Assembly (NCBI GenBank): GCA_964434325.1
Contig: CAYSUO010000004.1
Location: 1,661-65,660 of the forward strand
DNA length: 64,000 nt
Source of the DNA: an uncultured Ruminococcus sp.
GTDB lineage: Bacteria > Bacillota > Clostridia > Oscillospirales > CAG-272
Reading direction: 5' to 3'
Below are positions 61,967-64,000 of the stretch, piece after piece. A program made the translations under genes and the position numbers. Position 1 is the first letter of the stretch. Every line of letters starts with the position of its first letter. The notes beneath the pieces were generated by a model. It did not search any database and was not told where the DNA came from. It worked only from the letters and a program-made list of their open reading frames with translations.

Positions 61967-62725
61967 TTGTACGAAAAGCTGAAAGCCGACGTCGCCTTTA
62001 TGAAAGGCGAGCTGGCGAGCGCCGCCGCCCTGTATCGCGAGGGTGCCGAGGAGGGTGACGAGCTCGCCTCCTTCAACTACGCCTATTGCCTTCTTCACGG
62101 GTGCGGCATAAGGGCGGACGCCGCCGCCGCAAAAAGCTTCTTCGCCTTTGCAAAAAATATGGAGGGCGGGGAGGCGTGTTACAATTTGGCTATGCTCTAT
62201 ATGCACGGCACAGGCGTTCGCCGTAGCTATAAGACCGCCTTTTCCTATATGAAGGACGCGGCGGAGCTCGGCTGTCTTGAAGCCAAGCTCTATCTCGGTA
62301 TGGCGTATACCACGGGGTGCGTCTTTGAGCCCGACGTTATCGGGATATCGATGATACCGTTCCATAAGCCCGAATACCGCACCCCGTCGGAGGCGCTTCT
62401 CTTCGGTAGCGTTCCCGACGCGGAAGAGGACGAGGAGGCGCGCTACTCCGTCGTCGCGCCCGACGCGCGCGAGGCGTTTCTCTGGTTTCAGGCCGCCGCG
62501 CGCCACGACCCCACCTACGTCGGCGAGCTCGTCGCCAAGGGGAAGTATTTGTACGCCAAGTGCTATCTTGACGGTCTCGGCGTCGATTTTGACCGCCGCC
62601 GAGGTGCCCGCCTTATGCTGGGCGCGGGGCGCGCGGGCTCGCCCGAGGCGGTAGCCTTCATCGCGGAGAACGGGCTTAGTGAATTAAGTCTTATTTCCGA
62701 GCCTCGCCGTACCCGTGTCAAATAA
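61967..62725 (+). CDS. Sel1-like repeat (SLR/TPR) protein
   Basis: ORF 61919..62725 overlaps cysS. TTG 61967 follows AAAGGAGATACC. The motif A..Y.LG..Y..G.GV recurs. Confidence 0.65.
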   Translation: MYEKLKADVAFMKGELASAAALYREGAEEGDELASFNYAYCLLHGCGIRADAAAAKSFFAFAKNMEGGEACYNLAMLYMHGTGVRRSYKTAFSYMKDAAELGCLEAKLYLGMAYTTGCVFEPDVIGISMIPFHKPEYRTPSEALLFGSVPDAEEDEEARYSVVAPDAREAFLWFQAAARHDPTYVGELVAKGKYLYAKCYLDGLGVDFDRRRGARLMLGAGRAGSPEAVAFIAENGLSELSLISEPRRTRVK

Positions 62726-62744
62726 TTTACTACGAGGAGATAAA

Positions 62745-63224
62745 ATGAGCTCCCTTCAAAGAAAGCTTTTGCGCGTAGCGCTTCTCGCGCTCATCGCCCT
62801 CACCGCCGCGTTCGCCTTCGTTCAGTCATCGCTTTCGCCCGAGGCTTCAAGCTCCGAGAGCGGCGCCGTCGGTGACGTTATCGGTGAGATAATACCGCCT
62901 GAAACCCCCGTTGGCGGCTACGTTCAAACCAATATACGTAAAATTGCCCACTTCGTCGAGTTCGCGCTTCTCGGCGCCGAGGTTGCGGTCTATATCCTCG
63001 TTTTCACCCCGTGGCGCGAGCGCGTCATCCTCTCCTATCCCTTCGCGGTCATCACGGCGTTCCTCGATGAGTCGATACAGATGTTTACGGACCGAGGTCC
63101 CGCCATTTCCGACGTGTGGATAGATTTCTCGGGCTTCGTTTGCGCGTCCTTGATAGTATACGCGTTCTTTTTCGCGGCTCGCTTCGTTTTGCGCGCCGTA
63201 AGGTCAAAATCTTGTAAAGGCTGA
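62745..63224 (+). CDS. VanZ-family membrane protein
   Basis: Diagnostic strings are KIAHFVEFALLG...DE.IQ.F...R...I.DV.ID. The start at 62745 follows GAGGAGATAAA. Confidence 0.75.
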   Translation: MSSLQRKLLRVALLALIALTAAFAFVQSSLSPEASSSESGAVGDVIGEIIPPETPVGGYVQTNIRKIAHFVEFALLGAEVAVYILVFTPWRERVILSYPFAVITAFLDESIQMFTDRGPAISDVWIDFSGFVCASLIVYAFFFAARFVLRAVRSKSCKG

Positions 63225-63226
63225 AT

Positions 63227-64000
63227 ATGGTAAAAATAACTGACGTTGAAATGGGCTCGCGCGCCGAGCGCCACGGCGTTTTGGCGGGCGACGTGCTCGT
63301 TTCGATAAACAATAACCCCGTGAACGACGTGCTCGACTATCGCTTCTATCTCGCAGAGCGCTCCGTGACGCTTCGCATCTTGCGCGGCGACGAGGAGCTG
63401 GTGGTCACCATAGTGAAGGGTGAGTACGACGATATAGGGCTTGAATTTGAAACTCCGCTGATGGATAAGAAGCACTCGTGTAAGAATGGGTGCGTGTTCT
63501 GCTTCATTGACCAGAATCCCGAGGGGCTTCGCGAGTCGCTTTATTTTAAGGACGATGATTCGCGCCTCTCCTTCATTCACGGGAATTATATAACTCTGAC
63601 CAACATGACGGATGCCGACGTAGATCGCATAATCAAAATGCGCTTCTCGCCAATAAATATTTCGATACACACGACGAATCCCGAGCTCCGCGTCAAAATG
63701 ATGAAGAACAAGCGCGCGGGAGACGTTCTTTCTTATCTTCTCCGTTTCAAGGAGGCGGGGCTCTCGATGTGCGGGCAGATAGTCCTCTGCCGCGGATTGA
63801 ATGACGGGGAGGAGCTTCTACGCTCAATGCGTGACCTCGCGGAATACTTTCCCGCCCTCTCCTCTGTCTCCGTCGTCCCCGCGGGGTTGACGAAATTCAG
63901 AGATAGGCTCTATCCCCTGACCGATTTTTCGGCGGCCGAGGCGGGCGCGGTTATCGATATGATAGACGCTTTTGCCGAGGAGCACAGAGCGCACTTCGGC
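63227..64000 (+). CDS. DUF512 / PDZ-radical-SAM protein (TIGR03279-like). The 3' end leaves the window.
   Basis: My translation reads MVKITDVEMGSRAERHGVLAGDVLVSINNNPV (PDZ-like)...CKNGCVFCF (CX3CX2C)...NISIHTTNPELR. It is not in the ORF track because it is open at the window edge. Confidence 0.8.
   Translation, partial: MVKITDVEMGSRAERHGVLAGDVLVSINNNPVNDVLDYRFYLAERSVTLRILRGDEELVVTIVKGEYDDIGLEFETPLMDKKHSCKNGCVFCFIDQNPEGLRESLYFKDDDSRLSFIHGNYITLTNMTDADVDRIIKMRFSPINISIHTTNPELRVKMMKNKRAGDVLSYLLRFKEAGLSMCGQIVLCRGLNDGEELLRSMRDLAEYFPALSSVSVVPAGLTKFRDRLYPLTDFSAAEAGAVIDMIDAFAEEHRAHFG

Overview
Chromosomal window from what looks like a strictly anaerobic Firmicute. A Clostridia or Oscillospiraceae-like origin is my inference from gene content only: hydCBA [FeFe]-hydrogenase, FtsK/SpoIIIE, DUF1846, DUF512, CPBP and YgjV. 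About 50 protein genes are supportable. They include a stand-alone GuaA PP-loop module, an OmpR/HK two-component pair, a fakA-plsX-DegV lipid locus, yebC, argS, an M23 peptidase and hydCBA. They also include a DUF5058-like/M20 peptidase trio, one tRNA-Arg(CCG), a four-gene sugar-conversion cluster, an ABC exporter pair, murA, pdxK, yajC and a 1281-aa DUF4011/SF1 helicase-nuclease. The right-hand end carries a 763-aa secreted protein, cysE, ttcA, ftsK, cysS and a DUF512 radical-SAM gene. No CRISPR array, transposase, integrase or rRNA is visible. The unusual content is mostly non-coding or architectural. (1) A DJ-1/PfpI protein carries two tandem copies of an FtsK-gamma winged-helix domain and sits directly downstream of ftsK. 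(2) A modular, terminator-carrying palindromic element occurs 6 times, always co-oriented with the upstream gene. (3) A GCCGC-loop-GCGGC hairpin abuts a GGAATGGAGA-type Shine-Dalgarno in front of at least 13 genes. (4) There are several intergenic tandem arrays, including a 277-bp higher-order array that amplifies a gene leader. (5) HydA has TSCSPGW where TSCCPxW is expected. (6) A single-gene helicase plus Vsr-like nuclease is a defence candidate. All coordinates of small features were counted by hand and may be off by 1-2 nt.
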